The notes: a model not told the origin generated them from the letters alone. Counted from the first letter of the stretch, positions 39,641 through 49,152 are shown. The stretch: 64,000 nt of DNA from Candidatus Aenigmatarchaeota archaeon (GCA_038999725.1 JAWBWS010000003.1:52565-116564), one strand, 5' to 3'. Numbers and translations: made by a program.

Positions 39641-40048
39641 ATGAATTGGATTGTTTTATCTTTACTAGCTTTGGTTTTGTATGGAGTCTGGGGATTTTTC
39701 ATAAAACTTTCTACACTCCATCTTAATTGGAAACAATGTATAATAATTTCCTCCTTGGGAATACTTACCATCAACATTCTAATTTACTCCTTCTATAGAC
39801 CAGAAATAAATTGGAGGTTGAGAGGCTCAAAATATGCTTTAGTTGCTGGTATCATTGTTGCCATTTCTTCAATTTTCTTTTTCCTAGCTATAGAATCAGG
39901 AAAAGCTTCTATTGTAATAGCTTTAACTGGGCTTTATCCAATCGTGACACTAGTTCTTGCATATTTATTTTTACATGAGCAACTCTCACTAGTTCAAACC
40001 ATTGGAATTATTTTAGCTCTGATAGCTATAGTTTTAATGTCTGTGTGA
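39641..40048 (+). CDS. EamA/DMT single-repeat transporter
   Basis: 5 TM segments; G.ASIV...GLYP...FLHE motif. Confidence 0.88.
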   Translation: MNWIVLSLLALVLYGVWGFFIKLSTLHLNWKQCIIISSLGILTINILIYSFYRPEINWRLRGSKYALVAGIIVAISSIFFFLAIESGKASIVIALTGLYPIVTLVLAYLFLHEQLSLVQTIGIILALIAIVLMSV

Positions 40049-40053
40049 TTTGA

Positions 40054-40470
40054 ATGGTTGTAAGAAAAGAGAAGAAGCATAGGAAATTTAGAGGAAGAAG
40101 AACTTATCATGGTAGCCATAAGAAAGCAAGAGGAGGAGGCTCGAGAGGGGGAAGAGGTAAGGCAGGCATGCACAAGCACAAGTGGAGTTATACTGTGAAA
40201 TATGAGCCAGATCATTTTGGGAAAATTGGATTTAAGCCTGTAAAGAGAAGAGAAGTGAAGGTAATAAACTTAGAAGAATTGGATAAAATTGCAAGAGAAA
40301 AAAATTTGGAAAAAATCAATGTGGTAGAACTTGGATTTGAAAAGGTCTTGGGTAAAGGTAAACTCTCAAAGCCGCTAACAGTAGAAGCAATAGAATTCTC
40401 GAAAAAAGCTGTGAAAAAAATAGAGGAAGTTGGAGGGAAAGTTGTTAAATTGGAAAGTGAAGGAAAATGA
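40054..40470 (+). CDS. rpl15: Ribosomal protein uL15
   Basis: RG..T.HG, GGRG.AG..KH, FGK.GF, KVLG.G. Confidence 0.96.
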   Translation: MVVRKEKKHRKFRGRRTYHGSHKKARGGGSRGGRGKAGMHKHKWSYTVKYEPDHFGKIGFKPVKRREVKVINLEELDKIAREKNLEKINVVELGFEKVLGKGKLSKPLTVEAIEFSKKAVKKIEEVGGKVVKLESEGK

Positions 40471-41903
40471 ATGAAGAAAAACAGGATTTGGAAAAAAAGA
40501 TAGCAAGATTTTTGCCAAGCGTGAAAAGACCAACCTATCAACTTCCCTTCAACACAAAACTGAAATGGACTGCTCTTGCTTTGCTCATGTACTTAACTTT
40601 ATCTTACATCACAATCTATGGTGTTGAAAAAGCTTCTTATGAGCACTTTAGGTTTTATGAGATTGTTTTGGGTTCTAAATTTGGAAGTGTGATGACTTTA
40701 GGTATAGGACCAATAGTCACAGGTGGAATAATCTTACAACTTTTGGTTGGAGCCAAAATCATAAATTGGGACATGACGAAAGAAGAAGGAAGAAGTAAAT
40801 TTCAGACATGGAGCAAATTCTTAGCTTTGGTCTTCTGTGTGGTTGAGGCAGTCGGATTGGTAATAGCAGGGGCTTTGCCAATAACAGGTGGGTTTTTAAT
40901 AACAATTCTTGTAATAGCTCAGCTGGCTGCAGGTGGAGCAATTGCTCTGCTTTTGGATGAACTTGTGAGTAAGTGGGGGTTTGGTTCTGGGATAAGTTTA
41001 TTCATAGCAACTGGAGTTGCAAACCAAATTTTTATAAGAGTTTTCTCCCCCTTATCCATAACTTGTATTCCAGGTAATTTCGATTCCTGCCTACCTTCCT
41101 CAGAGAAGTTACCCTCTGGCCTTATCTGGCAAACTTTCATAAATCTGTTTTCGGGGAAATTGGCAGAAAGTTTAACCTTCGCCTTCCCCATGCTCTCAAC
41201 CCTTGCAATTTTTCTCTTAGTGGTTTACATTCAAGACATAGGCATAGAAATTCCTCTTTCTTTTTCAGCCATAAGGGGGTTTGGAAGAACTTGGTCCCTT
41301 AAACTCCTTTACACCAGCAACATTCCAGTTATTTTGGCGGCAGCCTTGATAGCAAATCTTCAGCTTTTGGCAAGGGTTGGTGTACAGCCTGTAAGTGCTG
41401 AAGTTAGTTGCAGTATGTTGGCTTGCTACAACAAGGAGAATCAAATTGTTGGTGGTATAGCTTACTACTTAACTTCTCCAAGCAATATTTTGGTACATGT
41501 TGTTCAAGGCACCTTAACTTTAAATGAAATCATAAGAGCTTTCACCTATCTCATTTTCTTGAGCATTTTAGCCATGATTTTTTCTGTTTTTTGGGTCTCA
41601 ACTTCAGGGATGGATGCAGCATCTGTTGCAGAGCAGCTTGAAAGCATAGGCATGCAAATCCCGGGCTACAGAAGTGATAAGAAGTCTATGGAAGCTGTCC
41701 TAAATCGCTATATTCCCTATCTTGCAGTTTTAGGTGGTCTTTTGGTTGGTGCTTTGGCTGCAATAGCAGATTTTCTGGGAGTGATAGGAAGTGGAACAGG
41801 AATACTTTTAACTGTTATGATACTTTATAATTACTATGAGCAACTCTCGGTAGAAAATCTTGAGGGGGCGCACCCACTTGTGAAGAGAATTCTAGGTGGA
41901 TGA
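40467..41903 (+). CDS. secY: Preprotein translocase SecY
   Basis: LGIGPIVT, WGFGSGISLFI, YTSNIP, QIPGYR, GTGILL. Confidence 0.97.
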   Translation: MNEEKQDLEKKIARFLPSVKRPTYQLPFNTKLKWTALALLMYLTLSYITIYGVEKASYEHFRFYEIVLGSKFGSVMTLGIGPIVTGGIILQLLVGAKIINWDMTKEEGRSKFQTWSKFLALVFCVVEAVGLVIAGALPITGGFLITILVIAQLAAGGAIALLLDELVSKWGFGSGISLFIATGVANQIFIRVFSPLSITCIPGNFDSCLPSSEKLPSGLIWQTFINLFSGKLAESLTFAFPMLSTLAIFLLVVYIQDIGIEIPLSFSAIRGFGRTWSLKLLYTSNIPVILAAALIANLQLLARVGVQPVSAEVSCSMLACYNKENQIVGGIAYYLTSPSNILVHVVQGTLTLNEIIRAFTYLIFLSILAMIFSVFWVSTSGMDAASVAEQLESIGMQIPGYRSDKKSMEAVLNRYIPYLAVLGGLLVGALAAIADFLGVIGSGTGILLTVMILYNYYEQLSVENLEGAHPLVKRILGG

Positions 41904-42387
41904 AATGCTTGAAGTCCTTGCAAAATTGATGAACTTCATCTTTTGGCCACTTGCAAGTTTGCCTCCAACCTTATCAGTCTTTCTTGCAGCCCTTATCCTC
42001 ACTGTCTTGATGATTCTGATAAATAGAATTTTCATCAATAAAAATGTTGTGAATGAGCTCAAAGACAGGATGAATGCCTTAAGAGAGGAATTGATTGAGT
42101 TGCAAAAACAAGGAAATTTGGAAAGGGCAAAGGTGGTTTTGGAGGAGATAACAAAATACAACTTAAGCTATATGAAGCATGTTTTAAAATCTTTGCTTGT
42201 ATCTTTTGTGGCGATAATCTTGATTTTACCATGGATTCAATACACTTACAAGGATGTACCAGTGGCAAAACTTCCCTTAACTTTACCTTACATTGGCTCA
42301 AGCTTGAATTGGCTCATTTGGTATTTCTTAGCTTCACTCACAATTGGCTGGATAATAAGAAAGCTCATGGGAGTGGATTATGGCTAG
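41896..42387 (+). CDS. DUF106 / EMC3-TMCO1 (Oxa1 superfamily) membrane protein
   Basis: TM-coiled coil-TM layout, W..WYFL; canonical position before L34e. Confidence 0.88.
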   Translation: MDEMLEVLAKLMNFIFWPLASLPPTLSVFLAALILTVLMILINRIFINKNVVNELKDRMNALREELIELQKQGNLERAKVVLEEITKYNLSYMKHVLKSLLVSFVAIILILPWIQYTYKDVPVAKLPLTLPYIGSSLNWLIWYFLASLTIGWIIRKLMGVDYG

Positions 42388-42649
42388 TGTAGCCAAAGTT
42401 AAAGTTAAGTTACCTTCAGGAAAAGTTGTGATTAGGGAGAAATGGAGAAAGGCTTCCCCTGCTAAATGTGCTGTTTGTGGTAAACCTTTGCAAGGGATTC
42501 CAAGGTTAAGACAACAAGAGATGAGAAAATTGAAGAGAAGTGAGAGAAGGCCTGAAAGACCTTACGGGGGTTATCTTTGTTCTGAGTGCATGAGAGAGGT
42601 TTTTAGGGAAAAGGCGAGAAGAATTTTGAGTTCAGAGAATCAAGGCTAA
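42380..42649 (+). CDS. rpl34e: Ribosomal protein eL34
   Basis: PSG, CAVCG..L.G, RPERPYGG.LC..C. Confidence 0.96.
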   Translation: MASVAKVKVKLPSGKVVIREKWRKASPAKCAVCGKPLQGIPRLRQQEMRKLKRSERRPERPYGGYLCSECMREVFREKARRILSSENQG

Positions 42650-43459
42650 AATTCCAAGGAACATTGGTATGGGCAAACCTGGCAAAGGAGTTTTTTTCTT
42701 CCTGAGAAGGTAGATTGTCAACAAAACTCCAAGGTTGGTTGCAATCAAGGTGAAGACCATTTTCTCCAAACTGTATAGCATGAGCCCAACAGCAGGAAGC
42801 ATGGAGTAAAAGATTATATCACCAAGACCAATTTTCACAAAATTGAAATCCACTATAAGCAGGGGGAGAAAATCTAATCTGATTTTCAATTTCCTTCTTC
42901 CAACAGGTCCGCCCAGGATTTTCTTCAAGGGCCCTGCAAACACAGCATAGATATCATAGATAGCAAGCAATATAGGAAAAACAAAAATTGTTGGTGGTTG
43001 TAGAATTGTGGCAAAGTAACCAGCAACCTCTGCTCCTATGAGAAGAGAAAGGAATTTGGAGAGTGGGTAAAAACTTTTGAAGTAGGCTGTGAGGAAGATT
43101 AAGAAGGCAAGGAAAATGGAGAGCGTCCAAGGTAGAATTGGATCAAGAAAAATCGTGGAAAAAAGGATTAGGTTTATGGAAAAGATAGAGCTGATTAAAA
43201 AACTTGTGATAAGAGCTTTGACAAGGTTAAACTTTCTCCACTTAACCAGAAAAGCTAAGAAAAAACCAAAGATAAAAATTGAGGCTACAAGCGGTAGAGA
43301 ATTTGCTATTGCTCCTTCGATTGTATTGCCAAAAGGTTCATAAACTTCTTCTACTATTGGTGAGATGTAAAAAATTTTTGTGAAGAAAATGGCTAGAAAT
43401 TGAGCAGCTAAAGTAAAGGTTAAAACATTTACAGACATCAGTTTGAATTGTTTTTCCAT
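42632..43459 (-). CDS. Presenilin/SPP-like intramembrane aspartyl protease (A22)
   Basis: IYDIYAV, GLGDIIFY, C-terminal PGLP (PAL-like), multiple TM segments. Confidence 0.88.
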   Translation of the reverse strand: MEKQFKLMSVNVLTFTLAAQFLAIFFTKIFYISPIVEEVYEPFGNTIEGAIANSLPLVASIFIFGFFLAFLVKWRKFNLVKALITSFLISSIFSINLILFSTIFLDPILPWTLSIFLAFLIFLTAYFKSFYPLSKFLSLLIGAEVAGYFATILQPPTIFVFPILLAIYDIYAVFAGPLKKILGGPVGRRKLKIRLDFLPLLIVDFNFVKIGLGDIIFYSMLPAVGLMLYSLEKMVFTLIATNLGVLLTIYLLRKKKTPLPGLPIPMFLGILALIL

Positions 43460-43462
43460 AAG

Positions 43463-43816
43463 CTATTTCACATTCTTCTTTGCTATTTCACCAACTAGAG
43501 GAAGCTCGAATTGCTCACCTTGGTAGGCTTTTATCATGCACACTATCCACACCACAATTGTCAACAAAAACACAATTCCTGATAAAAAGGCTCCAATTAT
43601 TGGAATTATAGCAACAATTGCGCTTGTTGCATTAAGTGCTAAAAAAGCAAGCGTAGACTGTAAAGCATGAAACTTAACAAACCTGCTCTTTTTTTCTAGC
43701 AGGTAGAATGCGATGCCCGTAGGCCAACCAAGCGAGTAAGCTAATAAGGCTTCCAGGTTTTCATTCCAGCCTAAGGATGTCTTCCCGCTCACTCTCTTTT
43801 TTCTTTTTCTCTCCAT
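43463..43816 (-). CDS. DUF4870 family membrane protein
   Basis: TSLG..EN....LAY, FVKFHALQS, KAYQGE..ELP..G. Confidence 0.85.
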   Translation of the reverse strand: MERKRKKRVSGKTSLGWNENLEALLAYSLGWPTGIAFYLLEKKSRFVKFHALQSTLAFLALNATSAIVAIIPIIGAFLSGIVFLLTIVVWIVCMIKAYQGEQFELPLVGEIAKKNVK

Positions 43817-44009
43817 TCCAATCTTTTTAATTTTTGGTTTGAGAGTTTATAAGCTTTTTATTTAATTAATCTCAACCAAAATTATTTTTGGCATTTCCTC
43901 TTCTCCATCATTCCTTTTTAAACCTTTTGTTAGCGAGATGGGATGGTGTTAGCTTAAAAAAGTTAAGAAATAAATTTATAGGATATAAATTAAGGTAGTG
44001 GGGTTAATC

Positions 44010-44393
44010 ATGACCTCCTTGGAAGTCGGAAGAGTTGTGATGAAAGTTAGTGGAAGAGAAGCAGGAAAGTATGCTGTTGTTATTAAAGCTGGGGGAAAAG
44101 AAAAAGATGATAAAAATTTTGTGACAATAACTGGACCAAAGTTTTTAACAGGAGTGAAGAGGAGGAAGTGCAACATCAATCATTTAGAGCCCCTACCCTA
44201 TATTCTTGAAATCAAAGAAGATGCAAGTGATGAAGAAGTTTTAACTGCTTTTGAAAAAGCTAACTTGATAAGTAAGCTGGGTTTAAAGAAGCCGTCTGCT
44301 GCTGAGCTTAAAGCCGAGAAAGCTAAACCTAAAGAAGAGGCCAAGCAAGAGAAGAAAGAGGAAAATAAAACTAAGAAAGAAAAGAAAAAATAA
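44010..44393 (+). CDS. rpl14e: Ribosomal protein eL14
   Basis: EVGRV..K..GREAG, TGVKRR..N..HLEP. Confidence 0.95.
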   Translation: MTSLEVGRVVMKVSGREAGKYAVVIKAGGKEKDDKNFVTITGPKFLTGVKRRKCNINHLEPLPYILEIKEDASDEEVLTAFEKANLISKLGLKKPSAAELKAEKAKPKEEAKQEKKEENKTKKEKKK

Positions 44394-44395
44394 TT

Positions 44396-45346
44396 ATGTT
44401 GATAAGATCTGAAGAAGAAACCGACCCAAACTATGGAAAAAAACCTGAAGAAAGGACAATAGAAGAATTGATAAAATCTTCTGTGATTATAGTTGACAAA
44501 CATGCGGGCCCAACTTCTCATCAAGTTACTGCTTGGGTGAAAGAAATTTTTGGTGTCAAGAAAGCAGGGCATGCTGGTACCTTAGATCCTGCTGTAACTG
44601 GTGTGCTGCCTGTAGCTTTAGAAAATGCAACAAAAGCGATGACTGTTCTCATGGGCCTGGAAAAAGAGTATGTTGGAATCATGCATTTACACAAGGAAGT
44701 GGATGAAAGCTTGTTGAGGAAAACTATCTTGGATTTTATTGGGAAAATAGTTCAAGTTCCTCCTGTAAGATCAGCAGTGGCCAGAAGGCCAAGGGAAAGG
44801 GAGATAAAATTTTTTGATGTCTTGGAAATTGAAGGAAGAGATGTTTTGTTTAAAGTTGGGTGTGAAGCTGGGACTTATGTAAGAAAAATTGTGCATGATT
44901 TGGGTCAAAAGCTTAGTGTTGGTGCTCACATGACAGAACTTAGAAGAACAAGAGCTGGTAGTTTCACAGAAGACCAATCTCATTCTTTAGTGGAAATAAA
45001 AGACGCTTATGAATTTTGGAAGGAAGGAGACGAAAAGCCTTTGAGGGAAATTTTGATTCCTGTGGAGCATGCCATCTTACATGTGAAAAAAGTTTTTGTT
45101 AAAGATTCTGCTATTGATTCAATTTGCCATGGGTCGCCAATATTTGTTTCTGGCTTGAGTAGGATTCAAGAAGGTATAGTTAGAGGAGAAACTGTTGCTG
45201 TTTATAGTTTGAAGAATGAGCTTGTGGCTTTGGGAATAGCCAAGATGGATAGTAGAGAAATGTACGAAAAAAAGAAAGGTTTGGCAATAAGGACTGATAG
45301 AGTTTTCATGAAAACCGGAACTTATCCTTCAAGAAGAGCTGAGTAA
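44396..45346 (+). CDS. cbf5: H/ACA pseudouridine synthase Cbf5
   Basis: GPTSH, GHAGTLDP, CEAGTYVR, ELRRTR, PUA domain. Confidence 0.96.
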   Translation: MLIRSEEETDPNYGKKPEERTIEELIKSSVIIVDKHAGPTSHQVTAWVKEIFGVKKAGHAGTLDPAVTGVLPVALENATKAMTVLMGLEKEYVGIMHLHKEVDESLLRKTILDFIGKIVQVPPVRSAVARRPREREIKFFDVLEIEGRDVLFKVGCEAGTYVRKIVHDLGQKLSVGAHMTELRRTRAGSFTEDQSHSLVEIKDAYEFWKEGDEKPLREILIPVEHAILHVKKVFVKDSAIDSICHGSPIFVSGLSRIQEGIVRGETVAVYSLKNELVALGIAKMDSREMYEKKKGLAIRTDRVFMKTGTYPSRRAE

Positions 45347-45985
45347 AAATTTGTTTGTTAGCTTGATGTAAATTGCAACCAAAAGTTGCAAAAATCTGGA
45401 AATTCTGAATTTTTTGCCATAGCCTTTTAAGAATTCTTTTTTTGCTTCTTCACTTTTCAAAGTTGAAATAAAAGAAAGGATATCACAAAAAACCAAAAAT
45501 TTTTTCGATTTTGCAGATTTCCTGAAAAGCTCTAAATCCGTTCTGATTATTTCACCATCAAACATCCAGTTGCTTGTTCTGTTGTCTATGAAGTAAAAAT
45601 TTTTGTCATTAAGCTTCCTTGTGATTTCTCCTATTTTTCTTACAAACTTCAAAGTTTTTTTAGGACTTTCGAGCTCGAGGTCATTTATTGTTGAAGCTTT
45701 TACATTAAACTCCTCTTCCACAAATCTTTCTGAAAAAGAGAAGGAGTTTATTTTTGTGGTCTTGATTCCCATTGAAGCCAAAATTTTTCTTCCTTCAAGC
45801 TCGTTGAAAATTTTCCTTTTTGGTGAAATTGGTGCTATCAAGCGAAAGAAGAAAGCAGAAAAAGCGAGAAGGGCTAAATCGTGGAGAATATAGCCGTAAA
45901 TCGAAGGGTAGAATTTAACAACTTTCATTTTTCTCAGAAAAACTTTTCTGCTTGAAGCATGTTTGAGCTTTTCTCCATCCTTCAT
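45329..45985 (-). CDS. Atypical protein-kinase-like fold protein
   Basis: FIDNRTSN (DxxxxN loop) and TDLE (DFG-like). Confidence 0.5.
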   Translation of the reverse strand: MKDGEKLKHASSRKVFLRKMKVVKFYPSIYGYILHDLALLAFSAFFFRLIAPISPKRKIFNELEGRKILASMGIKTTKINSFSFSERFVEEEFNVKASTINDLELESPKKTLKFVRKIGEITRKLNDKNFYFIDNRTSNWMFDGEIIRTDLELFRKSAKSKKFLVFCDILSFISTLKSEEAKKEFLKGYGKKFRISRFLQLLVAIYIKLTNKFLLSSS

Positions 45986-46050
45986 ATAAAAAATTTAGTT
46001 TTTTGCAAAAATAATCAAAACTTTATTTTGTTCTTTATCAATTAAAAATT

Positions 46051-46875
46051 ATGAAATGGTATGGGCTTTTTGGTCTTTCTACTATGATATTCGCTGAAGC
46101 TGCCCTATATTTTAGAATTCCGCCCTTCACTTCTTTTTTCTGTCCGCTCATATGGCTCGGTTATATTGTTTTTGTTGACAACATTGTATTTTATTTAAAA
46201 AAAGATTCTCTGCTAACAAAACATCCTAAAAAAACAGTTTCTTTATTCATACTTTCCGTAATTTTTTGGCTGATTTTTGAAGTTTACAATCATTTTATTC
46301 AAGGTTGGAGGTATTTGAATATAAGTGAGCTTGAGGTTGTTGCCGGTGTAGTTGCTTTTGCCACGATAATTCCTGCAGTTTTTGAGACTGCAGAGTTAAT
46401 CAAAAGTTTACATCTTTTTGACAAAATTAAAACACCAAAATTAGAAATAATTGCCAACAAAAAAATACTGCAGTTTTTCGTAGTAATTGGTGTTTTGTTT
46501 TTGATTTTACCATTTTTCTTCTCAAGATATTGGTGGGCTTGGACAATGGTTTGGACTGGATTTTTCTTCCTTCTCGACCCAATCAATTATTTGAACGGGG
46601 AGCCTTCGATAATTAAGGATATTAAGAACAGAAAATGGAAAATTCCACTATCCTTTGCCTTAGCGGGTCTTGTTTGTGGCTTTATTTGGGAATGGTGGAA
46701 TTGGAGAGCTGTTGCTAGATGGGAATATGTTTTGCCCGGTTTGCCACTAGGTGAAATAAAAATTTTTGAGATGCCAATTCTGGGTTATTTGGGTTATCCT
46801 CTCTTTGCTTGGGAATTGTATGCCATGTGTCATTTTGCCTTTTCTGTTCTTAAAAAGAGGGAAGGAAAAGGTTAA
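46051..46875 (+). CDS. Hypothetical multi-pass membrane protein
   Basis: About 8 TM segments; W.IFE.YN, WEWWN, FEMP.LGY.G motifs. Confidence 0.75.
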   Translation: MKWYGLFGLSTMIFAEAALYFRIPPFTSFFCPLIWLGYIVFVDNIVFYLKKDSLLTKHPKKTVSLFILSVIFWLIFEVYNHFIQGWRYLNISELEVVAGVVAFATIIPAVFETAELIKSLHLFDKIKTPKLEIIANKKILQFFVVIGVLFLILPFFFSRYWWAWTMVWTGFFFLLDPINYLNGEPSIIKDIKNRKWKIPLSFALAGLVCGFIWEWWNWRAVARWEYVLPGLPLGEIKIFEMPILGYLGYPLFAWELYAMCHFAFSVLKKREGKG

Positions 46876-46908
46876 ATCTTAATGCAAACTAAATTTAAAG
46901 GTGAAATC

Positions 46909-47199
46909 ATGAAGATAAGAGACATAAAAGTTGGGATGAGCAACATAAGCGTGGAAGGTAAAATAACAGAAATTTCAGAAACTCGTGATGTTCAAACAAA
47001 GTATGGGAGGAGAAGTGTTGCAGACGCTACTCTTGAAGATGAAACAGGAAGCATAAACTTAAGCCTTTGGGGTGATCAAATAGATTCGGTTTCTGTTGGC
47101 GACCGTGTTTTAATTTCGGGGGCCTTTGTCACAGAATTCAGGGAAAAGCTTCAGTTAAGCGTACCGCGCTCTGGCAAGATAGAAATTTTAAAAAGTTAA
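46909..47199 (+). CDS. ssb: Single OB-fold SSB/RPA
   Basis: KI.D...G, DETGSI.L.LW, EFR..LQL. Confidence 0.9.
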   Translation: MKIRDIKVGMSNISVEGKITEISETRDVQTKYGRRSVADATLEDETGSINLSLWGDQIDSVSVGDRVLISGAFVTEFREKLQLSVPRSGKIEILKS

Positions 47200-47225
47200 T
47201 TTATCTAAACGAAAAAAATAAATTT

Positions 47226-48362
47226 ATGAGGAAGTGGGTTTTGCTATTGATTTTCATTCTCTTATCTTTTTTTTCTGTTTCTTCCTCCTCAGCTTCAATC
47301 TACACTTGTGACTTGTTGGGGAATGAGAAAACAAGCTTCTACACAAATGACACAGTTTATATAACAAGTAGCCAAAACATCACGAATGAATCAAAAACAA
47401 TTAAATTTTATGTCTCGCCCCATAGAATTTGGTCTTCAGGTACCAATTTGGCACGAGTTTCAATTTTCTCCAAGAGCATAAATACAAATTCTTCAGGCCA
47501 TGTACCTGTAACAGTTTTGTGGAACCAAGGCCTAACAGTTGGTAGGTATGATGTTGTGGCTGATATCAATGGCAACGGTATTTTTGATTCTCAAGATCTA
47601 CTTTACAATGCAGGTGGCAACGGTTTCTCTTTGGTTGAGCAACCACTACCAAGGTTAACGATTTCCAAGGGTGCGAAATCACCGAAGGATCATAGTATTC
47701 GGGAAACCGAATTAAATTTACCGAACGAAATGCTTCAAATCAAGCTTCAAGCAGGAAGCTATGAAGGCATAGTTGTTAAATCTTTCCTCCTTTCAGCATC
47801 TGGAAATGGGGATGATAGAAATGTAAAGTATGTTGCCGTTTGTGTGGATAAGGATGAAAATGGAACTTGTGGGTTTGGTGAAAACCTTGTTGGTGTTGGG
47901 CAATATACAAGAGATGATGGAATTCTTCAGATTTATTTGAAAGATTTAATACTGCGTGAAAATTCGAGTTTAAGCTTGGTTTTTTATTATTCCATGAAAA
48001 ACGGCTCTGGAAGTTATGGGGGAAAAACCTACAGCTTTGAATTAGCTATGGTAGAAGCTTTCGGCTCTGTTACAGGTGATAGGGCTATAGTGAGTGGCCT
48101 TCCAATAAAGTCAGCAGTTAAAACTGTTTATTCTCAACCTGCTCCAACCACAACAACCACTTCAACAACAACCATAATTACAACAACCACTTCAACAACA
48201 ACTTCAACAACAACTTCAACAACAATTTTAAGAGAAGGAGAAGAAAGGGTGGATTTGTTTATTGGTTTGGGTGTAGCGATTTTCATTGCTGTTGCAATCA
48301 TAACAATATTTTATTTTTTCTTCTTGAAACCTCCCCAACAAACTTACACTTTCAAACCATAG
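47226..48362 (+). CDS. Secreted, C-terminally membrane-anchored surface protein with a Thr-rich linker
   Basis: Signal peptide, N-x-S/T sites, DINGNG Ca-binding-like motif, poly-Thr, C-terminal TM. Confidence 0.8.
   Translation: MRKWVLLLIFILLSFFSVSSSSASIYTCDLLGNEKTSFYTNDTVYITSSQNITNESKTIKFYVSPHRIWSSGTNLARVSIFSKSINTNSSGHVPVTVLWNQGLTVGRYDVVADINGNGIFDSQDLLYNAGGNGFSLVEQPLPRLTISKGAKSPKDHSIRETELNLPNEMLQIKLQAGSYEGIVVKSFLLSASGNGDDRNVKYVAVCVDKDENGTCGFGENLVGVGQYTRDDGILQIYLKDLILRENSSLSLVFYYSMKNGSGSYGGKTYSFELAMVEAFGSVTGDRAIVSGLPIKSAVKTVYSQPAPTTTTTSTTTIITTTTSTTTSTTTSTTILREGEERVDLFIGLGVAIFIAVAIITIFYFFFLKPPQQTYTFKP
48146..48224 (+). repeat. Thr/Ser-codon low-complexity repeat (ACAACAACCACTTCAACAACA-type)
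   Basis: Direct repeats visible at 48151 and 48181. Confidence 0.8.
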
Positions 48363-48436
48363 AGTTTAAAAATAAATTTACTGAAATTTAATATTGACTG
48401 AAATCTGGCTCAAGGTCTGATAAAAGATGATGAAAA

Positions 48437-48533
48437 GCCGAGGTCGCATAACCTGGTAGTGCACCAGCCTTGAGCCTTCGCTTGAAAGCTGGCGCCCCTC
48501 TGGGGCATGTGGGTTCAAATCCCACCCTCGGCG
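48437..48533 (+). tRNA. tRNA-Ser(TGA) with a 12-nt anticodon-loop intron (about 48475-48486)
   Basis: Acceptor stem GCCGAGG/CCTCGGC, G73; long variable arm GCCCC-TCT-GGGGC; GTGGG-TTCAAAT-CCCAC T-arm. Confidence 0.92.
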
Positions 48534-48637
48534 CAATCAAATCTTTATATGCTTTTCGCTTTTTCTCCTTCTGATATCTTTTGGGATAAAGTTCAAAAAA
48601 TAAGGAAGTTTTGTGAAAAGGAAAAATGAAGGAAAGT

Positions 48638-48811
48638 TTAAGCTCCGTATAGTTTTTGTAGCCCTGTTATGTCTGGTTGTGCTAGATCTCTCTTCTGGAT
48701 CTCTCCGTACCAACTGTAGCCATACATTGTCACATAGCTGCATGCATCTTCATAGACGTCTCCTAAACCTATGCCGTGACCTGTTTCATGCGTTGCTATG
48801 TTAGGAAGATC
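48638..48811 (-). pseudogene. C-terminal relic of a matrixin/M10-like zinc metalloprotease
   Basis: DLPNIATHETGHGIGLGDVY...VTMYGY...DITGLQKLYGA*; N-terminal part absent. Confidence 0.75.
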
Positions 48812-48882
48812 GGAAGAAAATTTTAGAAATCGCTGATTATATTATTCCTGGGTATGGTAAGATGTTTAGGGTTAAGAAATGA
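48805..48882 (+). pseudogene. C-terminal relic of an MBL-fold hydrolase
   Basis: EDRKKILEIADYIIPGYGKMFRVKK* (PGHG motif decayed); preceded by an in-frame stop. Confidence 0.6.
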
Positions 48883-49152
48883 ATAAAAAAAGATTAATCT
48901 CTGGTATAAAATCTTGCTGCTTGTTGTTCTGAACTAAGCATGCTCCGCGTTTTCATTTCTGTCATTTAGAAGCAGAAATTGCAAGAACAGTTTTAGAAAA
49001 ATCTGTGATTGTGGAAGAGCAACCCTATTTTTGTTGGATTTGTATACACTGACCACACCAATATCTAAACTTCTGTACACAATCCCCTAAAAAGCTTGCG
49101 CAAACTTTTTTTATATAAGTTAGAATTAATTATTAGGAAAGGGGGTGTTATA

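Noticed and set aside
48146..48224. Thr-codon repeat considered as a contingency locus
   Set aside because: It is an ordinary in-frame Thr-rich linker of an archaeal surface protein
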